A DNA stretch of 55,446 nucleotides from Bacteroidota bacterium (GTDB taxonomy: Bacteria > Bacteroidota > Bacteroidia > Bacteroidales > Prolixibacteraceae), in contig JBNJGR010000003.1 of assembly GCA_051747885.1 (NCBI GenBank), positions 1-55,446 of the forward strand. The letters are read 5' to 3'. Under the pieces are notes generated by a model. It searched no databases. It saw only the letters and a program-made list of their open reading frames with translations, and was not told where the DNA came from. Each line of letters starts with the position of its first letter. Position 1 is the first letter of the stretch. Positions 19,930-28,885 of the stretch are shown here, piece after piece. The position numbers and the translations under genes are program-made.

Positions 19930-21879
19930 TCAATTCCTGTTGATTATTGCCACCCAGCCTCCTCCGGGCGCCATATCGATATTGATTTTCGAGTTGTTGG
20001 AAACATTCATCTCTTCCTGTTTAAAATCGGCGGCATGTTTATCGGCATTCACACCATCTTTCCAGATTTGTACTTCGTAATTTCCGGAATCGAGGAATCC
20101 CAGATCGAGTTCCAGCGTACGTGGTGACCAATTGGTCATACCACCCACAAACCAGGTATCGCCAGAGCGGCGGGCTATTAAAATATATTCACCCACTTTG
20201 GCTTCGAGCACTTTTGTATCGTCCCAAACCGAAGGAACTGCTTCCAAAAACTCCATGCACTCAGGTTCACGATAGTAGTTCGACGGATTGTCGGACAACA
20301 TTTGCAGCGGACTTTCAAACACCACATACATTCCCAGCTGGTGGCAACGGGTACCGGGACTCATGGGTTCTGTGAAAATATCCCTGAAATTTTCCTTATT
20401 GGCATTTATCATCGCTCCCGGCGTGTAATCCATCGGGCCAGCAACCATTCGAATAAACGGAAGTAAAAGGTTGTGATCCGGATCAGGCTGATCAGACCAT
20501 TTACAGTTCTCCATTCCCATCACACCTTCGTAAGAAATAACATTCGGATACATGCGGTCGAGGCCAACGGGTTTGTAGGCTCCATGGTAATCCACAAGCA
20601 ATTTACGCTCGGCACATTCGCGGGCAATTTTTTCGTAAAAATTCACCATCCACTGGTCGTCGCGCTGCATAAAATCAATTTTAATTCCTTTCACACCCCA
20701 CGCTTCAAACTGGTCGAGCGCCTCGGTGAGTTTATCGTCAAGCGCTTTCCAAACCACCCAAAGGATAACGCCAACACCTTTATTTTTGCCGTAATCAACC
20801 AGTTCCTGAACGTCAATTTCATCTTTCACGTGCATAATATCATCAAGGTGGTACCAGCCTTCGTCGAGGATGATGTAATCGAGACCGTATTCAGCCGCAA
20901 AATCGATGTAATATTTGTAGGTGGCGTTATTCACCCCAGACTCAAAATCAACACCATAAACATTGAGTGCGTTCCACCAATCCCAGGCTACTTTGCCGGG
21001 TTTGATCCAATCAGTATTTTCAATCACATTTTCAGAAGCCAGCTTGTAAATCAGTTCCGATTGAACCAGCTCTTTGTCTTCTTCCGAAATAATCATGGCG
21101 CGCCACGGGAAACTTTTCGGCCCGGTTAGTTCGGCAATGTAACCGGCATATTTTACGGGTGCTACATCGCGATCGGTAGGTTGCTCTTCTTCCAGCACAA
21201 CGCCTGCATATTTTCCAACAAGCCGGTACGGATTCTCTTCACTCCCCTTTAAAAACATACCGGCGTAGTCAGTAATCAAATCCGATTCGGAGATGTAAAC
21301 TTTTACGTTGTTTCCGGCATCTACCAGCAACCCGGTTGAAGCAAAACGTTCGGGTGTAATTTCTGAAAGTTTTACATCCAAATAAGAACGTTCCTGATGT
21401 GTAAACATGCTTTCCTCTTCCGGGAACCACACTTTGTGGTCGGCCGGAAAAGTGAAAGTAGCCAGTTCGCTCATCACTTTCAGTGGCCCTTCTTTTGTAA
21501 CTTCCCAGCGGTAGGCCACGCCTTCGTCGTACGCCCTGAAATGCAGGTTGTAACCTTTAAATCTCAGCGTCAGCTCATTGTACACATCCGGAATATCGGC
21601 ATACTTCCGCTGAACGGTTGGAATTATCACCTCATCTACCGAAGTTGTTTGTGCGCGCCTGACTTTTTCATCTTCACCCAACACTTTATTTTCCAGTGTC
21701 ATTGAAATGGGCGACGGGGAAATGATTTCATTGTCTCCGAGAAAAACAGAATACTGAACATTTTCATTTACAGTAATTTTTACCGTCAACCTTTCGGATG
21801 GCGAGGTAACGGAATACTCTTTTGCCTGAAGCTGAATCATAAGAAATACGGATAGCAGAAAAATGGTATATTTTTTCAT
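19930..21879 (-). CDS. Glycoside hydrolase family 97 (retaining-type motif)
   Basis: WIKPGKVAWDWW, YYIDFAA, GIKIDFMQRDDQ, YEGVMGME, GPMDYTPG, SPLQMLSD; signal peptide from ATG 21879. Confidence 0.93.
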   Translation of the reverse strand: MKKYTIFLLSVFLMIQLQAKEYSVTSPSERLTVKITVNENVQYSVFLGDNEIISPSPISMTLENKVLGEDEKVRRAQTTSVDEVIIPTVQRKYADIPDVYNELTLRFKGYNLHFRAYDEGVAYRWEVTKEGPLKVMSELATFTFPADHKVWFPEEESMFTHQERSYLDVKLSEITPERFASTGLLVDAGNNVKVYISESDLITDYAGMFLKGSEENPYRLVGKYAGVVLEEEQPTDRDVAPVKYAGYIAELTGPKSFPWRAMIISEEDKELVQSELIYKLASENVIENTDWIKPGKVAWDWWNALNVYGVDFESGVNNATYKYYIDFAAEYGLDYIILDEGWYHLDDIMHVKDEIDVQELVDYGKNKGVGVILWVVWKALDDKLTEALDQFEAWGVKGIKIDFMQRDDQWMVNFYEKIARECAERKLLVDYHGAYKPVGLDRMYPNVISYEGVMGMENCKWSDQPDPDHNLLLPFIRMVAGPMDYTPGAMINANKENFRDIFTEPMSPGTRCHQLGMYVVFESPLQMLSDNPSNYYREPECMEFLEAVPSVWDDTKVLEAKVGEYILIARRSGDTWFVGGMTNWSPRTLELDLGFLDSGNYEVQIWKDGVNADKHAADFKQEEMNVSNNSKINIDMAPGGGWVAIINRN

Positions 21880-21965
21880 TTGATTAAGTTTTTGATTTAT
21901 GCCATGCAAGTTAAAAAGAATTGTGGAAAAAGGCGAGTCACTTGTCGGGCAATGATGTGCACTAT

Positions 21966-22265
21966 TTAAATAAATTTCAACTTTTTAGGATCCTGCCTAT
22001 TATCAAAAAAAGTCAACAGGTAAATTTTTTTTTCGGTCTTATCTACCTTATAAAAGAAAGAGTTGTTTTTATCAACAATTGCCTTTCGGATATTCCTGTG
22101 CTTTTGAGAGTGTGGGAAAATACCCGGATTTTTTTGAATTGCCCGGATTACACTTTCAGTTTTATAGCTAAACCGAATAATTTCGTTTTTTGTCCAGCGT
22201 TTTTCCAGATAATCAAGCACGCTGAAATAGGTAATCCTGGCTTTGGCTGACCAAATCACTTTCAT
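21966..22265 (-). CDS. RelE/ParE-family toxin
   Basis: MKVIWS..A, basic 99-aa protein, C-terminal LLTFFDNRQDPKK. Confidence 0.82.
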   Translation of the reverse strand: MKVIWSAKARITYFSVLDYLEKRWTKNEIIRFSYKTESVIRAIQKNPGIFPHSQKHRNIRKAIVDKNNSFFYKVDKTEKKIYLLTFFDNRQDPKKLKFI

Positions 22266-22266
22266 T

Positions 22267-22503
22267 TCAAAAACCGTACTTTTGTTTTACCTCCTGCACA
22301 ATTTGTTCATGGGTAAACACATTCCCGTTTTGTACATCAGTCATCCCTTCGAAAATTGATTTCTGCACTTCTTCTGGTAATTCATCCCACCAGTCATTTT
22401 TTTTGTCTTGTTGAATAAGCCTGCTGATTTCCATTAGCAGTTCTGGTTTTTCTGTATCGATGATTTTTGAAACCAAATCCAGTTTTAAAGTTTGAATATC
22501 CAT
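22267..22503 (-). CDS. Putative antitoxin (addiction module component)
   Basis: MDIQTLKLDLV...DWWDELPEE..KSI.EG..D...G...THE; acidic; directly upstream of the toxin. Confidence 0.75.
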   Translation of the reverse strand: MDIQTLKLDLVSKIIDTEKPELLMEISRLIQQDKKNDWWDELPEEVQKSIFEGMTDVQNGNVFTHEQIVQEVKQKYGF

Positions 22504-22589
22504 TTCAGCAACAATTTTTTATAAAGATACAAACTGAAAAGAATTAAATGAAATAGTGGATAGTATTGTTGCCTTAAGGGGGCCATCCT

Positions 22590-25328
22590 TTATTTCACCA
22601 CAAGTTTCTGTGTTATCCGTTCTCCATTCTGAAAGACACTCACAATGTACAAACCCGGTTGAAAATGTTTCAAATTTAATTGTATCGATTGACTGTTTCC
22701 CGATTCTGACTGATACATCAGTCTTCCGGTGAGCGAATATATTTCAATGCGTGATTCCACATTTAATCCATTGATTATAAATTGATCGTCGGCCGGATTC
22801 GGATAAATTCGAATGACTTCCTTTAGCAGTTTTTTTGCTGAATTTTCTGTAGAGATATCCGGTTGGATAAATTTTTGGGTAGAATACAGACGGAACTCGC
22901 CGGGCGCGAGTGTAACTGACTGCACCACATTATCCAGCTGAACTGAATCGTTGGTAAAAAACCGGTGCCATTTTCCTGTGGTTGGAAAAGTGAGTTCAGT
23001 TTCTTCCTCCTGGATTCCAAAATTACCAACTGCCAGTACATAGCTGTTCTCGTGTTTCAGAACATACCACTTTATTTGCCCCGTCAAAACGTAATCAAAT
23101 TCCTGAGGAATGAATACAGTATAATTTTGTTTCAGGTAATTAAGTTTGGCCATTACCCGGAACAAGTCGGTGCGGTTTGAATTGTCCAGGTAGTGCCAGT
23201 ATGGAGGTTTTTCGCTCAGGCGGCCGCCAAATGCATTGATTGAAATATCGTAGCCCCGCTCGCCAAATTGCCAAATCATTTTTGGCCCGGGCAGCGGGAG
23301 GTAAAACACAGCGTTCAGCTCGATACGGTCGAGCGCAGTTTGCTGATTTTTAATGTTGTAATCATCAGCAGCCAATCCATTGAGTTTGATTTCATATATA
23401 ATACGTTCTTCGTCATGACTTTCGGGGTAAGCAATAAGGTTAGGTTGAACCCAGTTTCTTTCACTGTAAATTCCCCAACTCAAATCAGAGCTTCCGGTAT
23501 TTCCGCGGGCCGCCTGAAGATAATTGCCATGCATATTTCCCCACAGTAAAATATTATAATCGGCAAGTTCTTTTTCTTCTGAATTATCAGCAAGATGTTC
23601 GAAAATGATGATGGCATCTTCGTTTCGCTCCCGGATTTCGGTTGCCATCCTTTTCAGGTTGGCAATCCGGTCGGCATCGTACTCGCTTCCCCAACTTTCC
23701 GAATCGTATGGTGTATTTGAAAAACCTTTGGTAAAATCGAAACGGAAACCGTCAATTTTATATTCGTTCATCCAGAAACTGTTCACGCTGTCCACCAGCT
23801 CTTTTGCCGCTTCCGATTCATGATTGAAATCGTAACCCCACCTTAAGTTTGGATTATCAAAATTCGATACTTCGTTGTACCATGGATTTTCGGGCGTGAT
23901 AGTCCAGTTATCCATATACATTTGCACAAACGGACTTTGCCCGTAGCTGTGGTTCAGCACCATGTCGATTACCACGGCAATGCCGCGCTGGTGGCATTCG
24001 TCAATGAGTTTTTTCAACTCGTTTTTTGGGCCGTAATATTTGTCGGGAGCAAAATAGAACGAAGGATTATAACCCCAACTGCTGTTGCCTTCAAATTCAT
24101 TAACGGGCATTAGTTCCAGCACGTTGATGTTCAAATCCTCAAGATAATCGAGCTTTTCCCGCACAGCTTTAAACGAGTGCTCCGCAGTAAAATCCCGAAT
24201 CAGCAATTCGTAAATAACCAGTTTTTCCTTTTTCGGAATTTGAAAATCGGTTACCTGCCATTGATATTCTTCCTGACCGGATTGCAAAACCGATACGACA
24301 CCTTCAGTTTCTCCCTGAGGATAGGGCATTAAATTCGGATAAGTTTCTTCCTCAATATCCTGATCGTTCCAGGGGTCGAGAATTTTTTCAGCATACGGAT
24401 CAGCAATACGTATTTCTCCATCAATTAAATACTGAAATGCATACTCTTTCCCTTTTTCAAGGCCGGGAATTTCAAGCCAGAAATAATCTCCGTCCTTATT
24501 CATTTGAAAACTGTTTTGAGGCTTCCAGTTGTTAAAATCGCCCAAAACGAATACAAATTCTTTCAATGGTGCCCACAAAACCAGCGCTGCTGATGTGTCT
24601 GTCGGATAGTTGATTCCCTTCCGGTAAGCAGCCGGTATGGTTTCGGTTGCCGCTTCTTCGCGAATATAAACTGAAACAGAATCGCGGACAGTTTCATCGC
24701 CTGCAACTGCTTCTGCAATTAGCAGGTTATTCCCGCTTTCTGCAAAAGTATAATCTGCAGAAACTGATGTTCCTGTATTTTCAGTCAGCAACATTTCATT
24801 CAGAAACAGTCTTAAATCAGCTTCAAACGATGATGTGCCAGAAATTGAAACCGGTTGATTCATTGGCAGAATCTGATCATCTGAGGGTTGTGAAATATTA
24901 ACCACAAGACCTTCTTCATACACATCCACAAACAAATCATCAGTTTGCTGATTGGCATCAGCCGAGCGAAAAACAAAAGCCATCCGAAGTACCTTTTCAC
25001 CTTCTTTTACAGAATAAAAAGAGTTGATGTCGGGTGTAATTTCCAGCTCGTAAATGCCATCGCTAAGGTGGGTAAGCTGTGGTTGCTCTGCATTCATTCC
25101 CCAGTCGCCAATAACGTGTTGCCAGCCGGTGCTGTCCTCAATAAAAACCCCGGTGTGGGCGTACAAATCACCAGTGTAATATCCCAACCGCGATTCTTCG
25201 GCAGAGTTGAAAGTAATGGTCACACCTTCAGAGGGCACCGGAAGTTCGGGCACGGTAGTAATCTGGGCTGCAACAAGCAAAGGAATTGTCAGCATCAATG
25301 TCAGAAAGAAATATTTTATTTGATTCAT
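22590..25328 (-). CDS. T9SS-secreted GH13 alpha-amylase family enzyme with CBM48-like module
   Basis: Catalytic motifs DGFRFD, IFEH, SHDEER; SWGYNP; VFVLGDFNNW; C-terminal IYPNPA...GLYIV...KLVVK type A CTD; signal peptide. Confidence 0.92.
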   Translation of the reverse strand: MNQIKYFFLTLMLTIPLLVAAQITTVPELPVPSEGVTITFNSAEESRLGYYTGDLYAHTGVFIEDSTGWQHVIGDWGMNAEQPQLTHLSDGIYELEITPDINSFYSVKEGEKVLRMAFVFRSADANQQTDDLFVDVYEEGLVVNISQPSDDQILPMNQPVSISGTSSFEADLRLFLNEMLLTENTGTSVSADYTFAESGNNLLIAEAVAGDETVRDSVSVYIREEAATETIPAAYRKGINYPTDTSAALVLWAPLKEFVFVLGDFNNWKPQNSFQMNKDGDYFWLEIPGLEKGKEYAFQYLIDGEIRIADPYAEKILDPWNDQDIEEETYPNLMPYPQGETEGVVSVLQSGQEEYQWQVTDFQIPKKEKLVIYELLIRDFTAEHSFKAVREKLDYLEDLNINVLELMPVNEFEGNSSWGYNPSFYFAPDKYYGPKNELKKLIDECHQRGIAVVIDMVLNHSYGQSPFVQMYMDNWTITPENPWYNEVSNFDNPNLRWGYDFNHESEAAKELVDSVNSFWMNEYKIDGFRFDFTKGFSNTPYDSESWGSEYDADRIANLKRMATEIRERNEDAIIIFEHLADNSEEKELADYNILLWGNMHGNYLQAARGNTGSSDLSWGIYSERNWVQPNLIAYPESHDEERIIYEIKLNGLAADDYNIKNQQTALDRIELNAVFYLPLPGPKMIWQFGERGYDISINAFGGRLSEKPPYWHYLDNSNRTDLFRVMAKLNYLKQNYTVFIPQEFDYVLTGQIKWYVLKHENSYVLAVGNFGIQEEETELTFPTTGKWHRFFTNDSVQLDNVVQSVTLAPGEFRLYSTQKFIQPDISTENSAKKLLKEVIRIYPNPADDQFIINGLNVESRIEIYSLTGRLMYQSESGNSQSIQLNLKHFQPGLYIVSVFQNGERITQKLVVK

Positions 25329-25421
25329 GTATTTAAAGTTAATTTTCAAAGTTATTCGAAACCTGTCTTCGGTTTAAAAATTCATTAACAGCGAAAATGT
25401 TTGCTTTAGCAACATTTTCCA

Positions 25422-25460
25422 GAAAAAAGAGCCACCAGAAAGCGAATCCGGTGACTCTTC
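25422..25460 (-). terminator. Intrinsic terminator after the susE-like gene
   Basis: Minus strand AAGAGTCACCGGA-loop-TCTGGTGGCTCTT then T tract; two G-U pairs work only on this strand. Confidence 0.8.
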
Positions 25461-25515
25461 ATTTTTTAACTAAACTAACCTTTCCCTGACTTAATGACAC
25501 TGAAAAAAACAGCTT

Positions 25516-26616
25516 TTACAGTTCACTAATTTCAATTGTATTCGTTCTCAGGTTTACAAGTACGTGGTAAGTCCCCGAAGGTTTCAGGAAAAACCAGTTT
25601 GGATCACCATGTCCTTCAGCCACATCAATGTAATCAGTGTCGTAATTTACCACCACATCGTAACCGTAGCTGGCGGGTCCCCAGTCTTTCTGGCCAAACA
25701 ACCTGAAAGCCCCGTCCTGGGTAAAGTTTACGTCTCCCTCCCAGATTTTGTAACTCACATATTGCAGGGCCGTTACCGGCTCATCCCAGCCCCAGCCATG
25801 GGTAGCATCACCTGTAAGGTACATGCCAGGTTCATCAACTGCCTCCATTTCAATGGTTCCGTTTTCGGTATTTACAAATATTTCGTACCAGCCATTTTCT
25901 CCAACAAAATTGAAGTTCGGATCATCGTCGCCGGTTGCCGGTTCGAGCAAGTCTTCCGGATAATTGGTAAATACATCGTATCCTCCAAGTGAAGCACTCC
26001 ATTCGGATTGATTGAAGAACCGGAAATTTGCCCCGTCAGTGGCATCAAAATTCCAGATGGTAATATACTCATAAGGTTCGCCGGTTGAAACCACTTCCAC
26101 GGCTTTACTGGTGTCCCATCCGCCAACACTGGCGCCAATCATGTAAATGGGCGGGAACGAAGCGGAATAAAGTGTTACCGTCATATTCACCGGCTGTGAA
26201 TACAGTGAGTATTCCGGGCTAACCGTAGCTTCTACCCGGAATTCAATTTCAGTAGGTTCATTGCCCGGGATTCCATGTGTCATCAGTTTTTCGTTCAAGG
26301 TAGCATGCGTAATGCTCACCGAAAAATCTGAAGTGGATGACAGCTCAATTGCGTTGGCAAAATTGTTTTCGGCCACGTCAACCTGCAGGTTGTACATCGT
26401 TGCACTTGGAAAACCAAAATCAGCTTCGGTCCAGGAAAAAGTGACCGACTCTTCGGTTGCATTCACTTTCTGAAATACCAACTCTGTTCCTGAAGCCGGC
26501 TCGTTTAAAGCAGGCGAATCGCCCGGATTTATTACCGGATCTCTTTCCATCTCTTCGCAGCCAAAAAACAACGAAAAGGAAAGAAGAATCAGAAATATAT
26601 TTTGAAATTTTTTCAT
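25516..26616 (-). CDS. SusE/SusF-family starch-binding outer membrane lipoprotein
   Basis: Lipobox FFGC, TFSWTEADFG, two CBM-like repeats (IYMIGASVGGWD, MYLTGDATHGWGWD). Confidence 0.88.
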   Translation of the reverse strand: MKKFQNIFLILLSFSLFFGCEEMERDPVINPGDSPALNEPASGTELVFQKVNATEESVTFSWTEADFGFPSATMYNLQVDVAENNFANAIELSSTSDFSVSITHATLNEKLMTHGIPGNEPTEIEFRVEATVSPEYSLYSQPVNMTVTLYSASFPPIYMIGASVGGWDTSKAVEVVSTGEPYEYITIWNFDATDGANFRFFNQSEWSASLGGYDVFTNYPEDLLEPATGDDDPNFNFVGENGWYEIFVNTENGTIEMEAVDEPGMYLTGDATHGWGWDEPVTALQYVSYKIWEGDVNFTQDGAFRLFGQKDWGPASYGYDVVVNYDTDYIDVAEGHGDPNWFFLKPSGTYHVLVNLRTNTIEISEL

Positions 26617-26647
26617 CTGTTTATAATTTTTAAATTTTCTCAGTTTT

Positions 26648-28867
26648 TTAATACCCCGGATTCTGGGTCAGGTTTGTATTGGCAATTATATCGGCTGCCG
26701 GAATCGGGAAAATATCGAATTTAGCATCGATGGAACGCCCTTCTTTTTCGGCACCTTTCCATTCCCAAAGGTAATCCCCTCCGCTAAACATGCCAAAACG
26801 AATAAGGTCGGTACGGCGCTGGCCTTCCCAGTATAATTCGCGTGCACGCTCATCGATTATAAAATCGAGTGTCAGATCGTCGGCAGTAATATTTCCGTTT
26901 TCATCGCCATAAGCTCTTTCACGCAGCATATTTATATAGCTGAGCGCAGTAGCTTCGTCGCCACCAGTTCCGCCACGTAAAACGGCTTCGGCATACATCA
27001 GGTACACATCGGCCAGGCGGAAGAGCGGGAAGTCGGTATCAACATATTCAATGTCTGATCCGATATTTCCGTCAGAAGTAATGTTTTTCCATTTAGTGAC
27101 AGCGTAGCCGTTTGTAAATTCAAACATTTCTTCAATTTCAAGTGTCTGCCCATCGGCATGAAACATTCCCCTGCCATCGGAACTAAATTGTTCCATGGTG
27201 TAGGTATAATCCGGTGTGCCCAGGTAAAGTTCAATTTTATACTTTCCCGGTTCGTCAACAGAAATGTTGGCCCCGTCGTATTCCAGAATGCCGTCGGTAT
27301 TGTTATCGCCCAAATTAATATCCCAGGCGTCGTTGGCCCTGAATTTAAATTCTCCTGAACTTAGTTCAGCAACAACGGTCCACACTTTTCTTTCGGCATC
27401 GAATTCCATCGGGGTGCTGTTATCCCAGCTTCCGGCAGTTGCATCGCCAATCAGTCCCCAATCGGTTTTTACCGAAGTGTACATCATGTCATTCAGGTTC
27501 ACGTTAATTTTGTACATGCCGGCTTCGGGAGCAACCAGGTTTGCACCGTTGGCTTCCAGTGTGCCATCAGCATTGTCATCACCCCAGTTCACATCCCAGT
27601 TGGGCCCTTCGGTGAATTTGTACTCCGAGTTACCTTCTGCAAAATAAATATATCCTTCAAAATTATTATCGGAATTTACCGAAGCCAGGGTTGGAGCCGT
27701 ATCCGGCGCCCATTCATTATCGCTGTATCCGCTTTCATCCTGGTATCCTCCCGGAACATAAATAACCGGGTAATCAACTGCATTTTTATAAGGGATCGGG
27801 GCGGTTTTAAGGGTTTCAAGGTCGAGAAACTTACCCACAAAATCTTTGGTAACACGGGTGCCTGCCCAACCACCGTCAATACCGAAATCGGCCGGATCCA
27901 TGCTTCCACCAACCCCTGCTTTTATAATGAAAGTAACACCTCCATAGGTTTTGGTGTTGTTACCATCCTGGGTTATAGGAAAAATAATTTCGTTGGATGT
28001 GTGATTGTCGGCCATAAAAAGATGCTGGTATTCGGGTTCAAGCGAATAACCGGCATTCAGAATTTTTTTACAGTAAGTTAAGCATTCCGTATATTTTGAT
28101 TGGCTGATATAAACCTCTGCATTCAGGTACAATTTTGCCAGCAGCGTCCAGACAGCAGCCTGATCGGCCCGGCCGTATTCAACCTGTCCGGGAGCTGACA
28201 AATGGGGTTCAATATCGAGCAACTCCTGTTCAACGTATGCAAATAACTCGTCCCTGTTGGTTTGCTCCGGAAAAAACGCACCTACAATATCTGCTTCGGT
28301 AACAAATGGTACGTTGGCAAACATATCAATGGCATGCCAGTAGCTGAGTGCCCGTAAAAAGCGTGCCTCGTATCTGTAAAGCTCAATTTCTGAACGGATG
28401 GCTCCGTCAATTCCCCGTTCGTTGAGTTTGGCCGGAGAAGTTTCGCGAATAAATTCATTGGTGAGCGATATCTGATAAAATACCCTGTAGTACATGTTGG
28501 CAATGAATTCGTTATTCGAACCCCAGTCCATTTCCTGGTAATCGCGCAGGTTGCCGTCGTTCCATGCAATAACTGCTTCGTCGGTTGGCAGTTCCTGAGC
28601 GTACCAGTAAGCACGCAGGTACTGACCAAAACCTTCATCGAGGCCGCTCAGGTCGTTGTCGCCGGCAGGTCCTTCCTGACCACTCAATGCCAGTCCGGCA
28701 TAAAGTTTTGCCAACACATTTTTATAATTTTCAGGATTGGCATAAACATTTTCCGATGTCACCACATCCTTATCGAGCGGCACCGTATCTAAATCGTTGA
28801 TACATGATGTAAATGCAAAGAGAACTGCAATTACAAAAATGCTTACTATTTTAATTCTTGTTTTCAT
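26648..28867 (-). CDS. susD: SusD-family lipoprotein carrying an internal insertion of two SusE/F-type CBMs
   Basis: Lipobox FTSC, EARFLRAL.YW, LLAKLYLN, FRLADVYLMYAEA, ERARELYWEGQRRTDLIRFG, QNPGY; extra residues ~348-561. Confidence 0.93.
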   Translation of the reverse strand: MKTRIKIVSIFVIAVLFAFTSCINDLDTVPLDKDVVTSENVYANPENYKNVLAKLYAGLALSGQEGPAGDNDLSGLDEGFGQYLRAYWYAQELPTDEAVIAWNDGNLRDYQEMDWGSNNEFIANMYYRVFYQISLTNEFIRETSPAKLNERGIDGAIRSEIELYRYEARFLRALSYWHAIDMFANVPFVTEADIVGAFFPEQTNRDELFAYVEQELLDIEPHLSAPGQVEYGRADQAAVWTLLAKLYLNAEVYISQSKYTECLTYCKKILNAGYSLEPEYQHLFMADNHTSNEIIFPITQDGNNTKTYGGVTFIIKAGVGGSMDPADFGIDGGWAGTRVTKDFVGKFLDLETLKTAPIPYKNAVDYPVIYVPGGYQDESGYSDNEWAPDTAPTLASVNSDNNFEGYIYFAEGNSEYKFTEGPNWDVNWGDDNADGTLEANGANLVAPEAGMYKINVNLNDMMYTSVKTDWGLIGDATAGSWDNSTPMEFDAERKVWTVVAELSSGEFKFRANDAWDINLGDNNTDGILEYDGANISVDEPGKYKIELYLGTPDYTYTMEQFSSDGRGMFHADGQTLEIEEMFEFTNGYAVTKWKNITSDGNIGSDIEYVDTDFPLFRLADVYLMYAEAVLRGGTGGDEATALSYINMLRERAYGDENGNITADDLTLDFIIDERARELYWEGQRRTDLIRFGMFSGGDYLWEWKGAEKEGRSIDAKFDIFPIPAADIIANTNLTQNPGY

Positions 28868-28885
28868 CTTATTATTGTTTACAGT

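Noticed and set aside
20473-21129. 218-aa plus-strand ORF and other long antisense ORFs (36212-36805, 38844-39404, 40486-41316)
   Set aside because: They lie opposite well-supported genes and show no recognisable motifs; most likely codon-bias shadows
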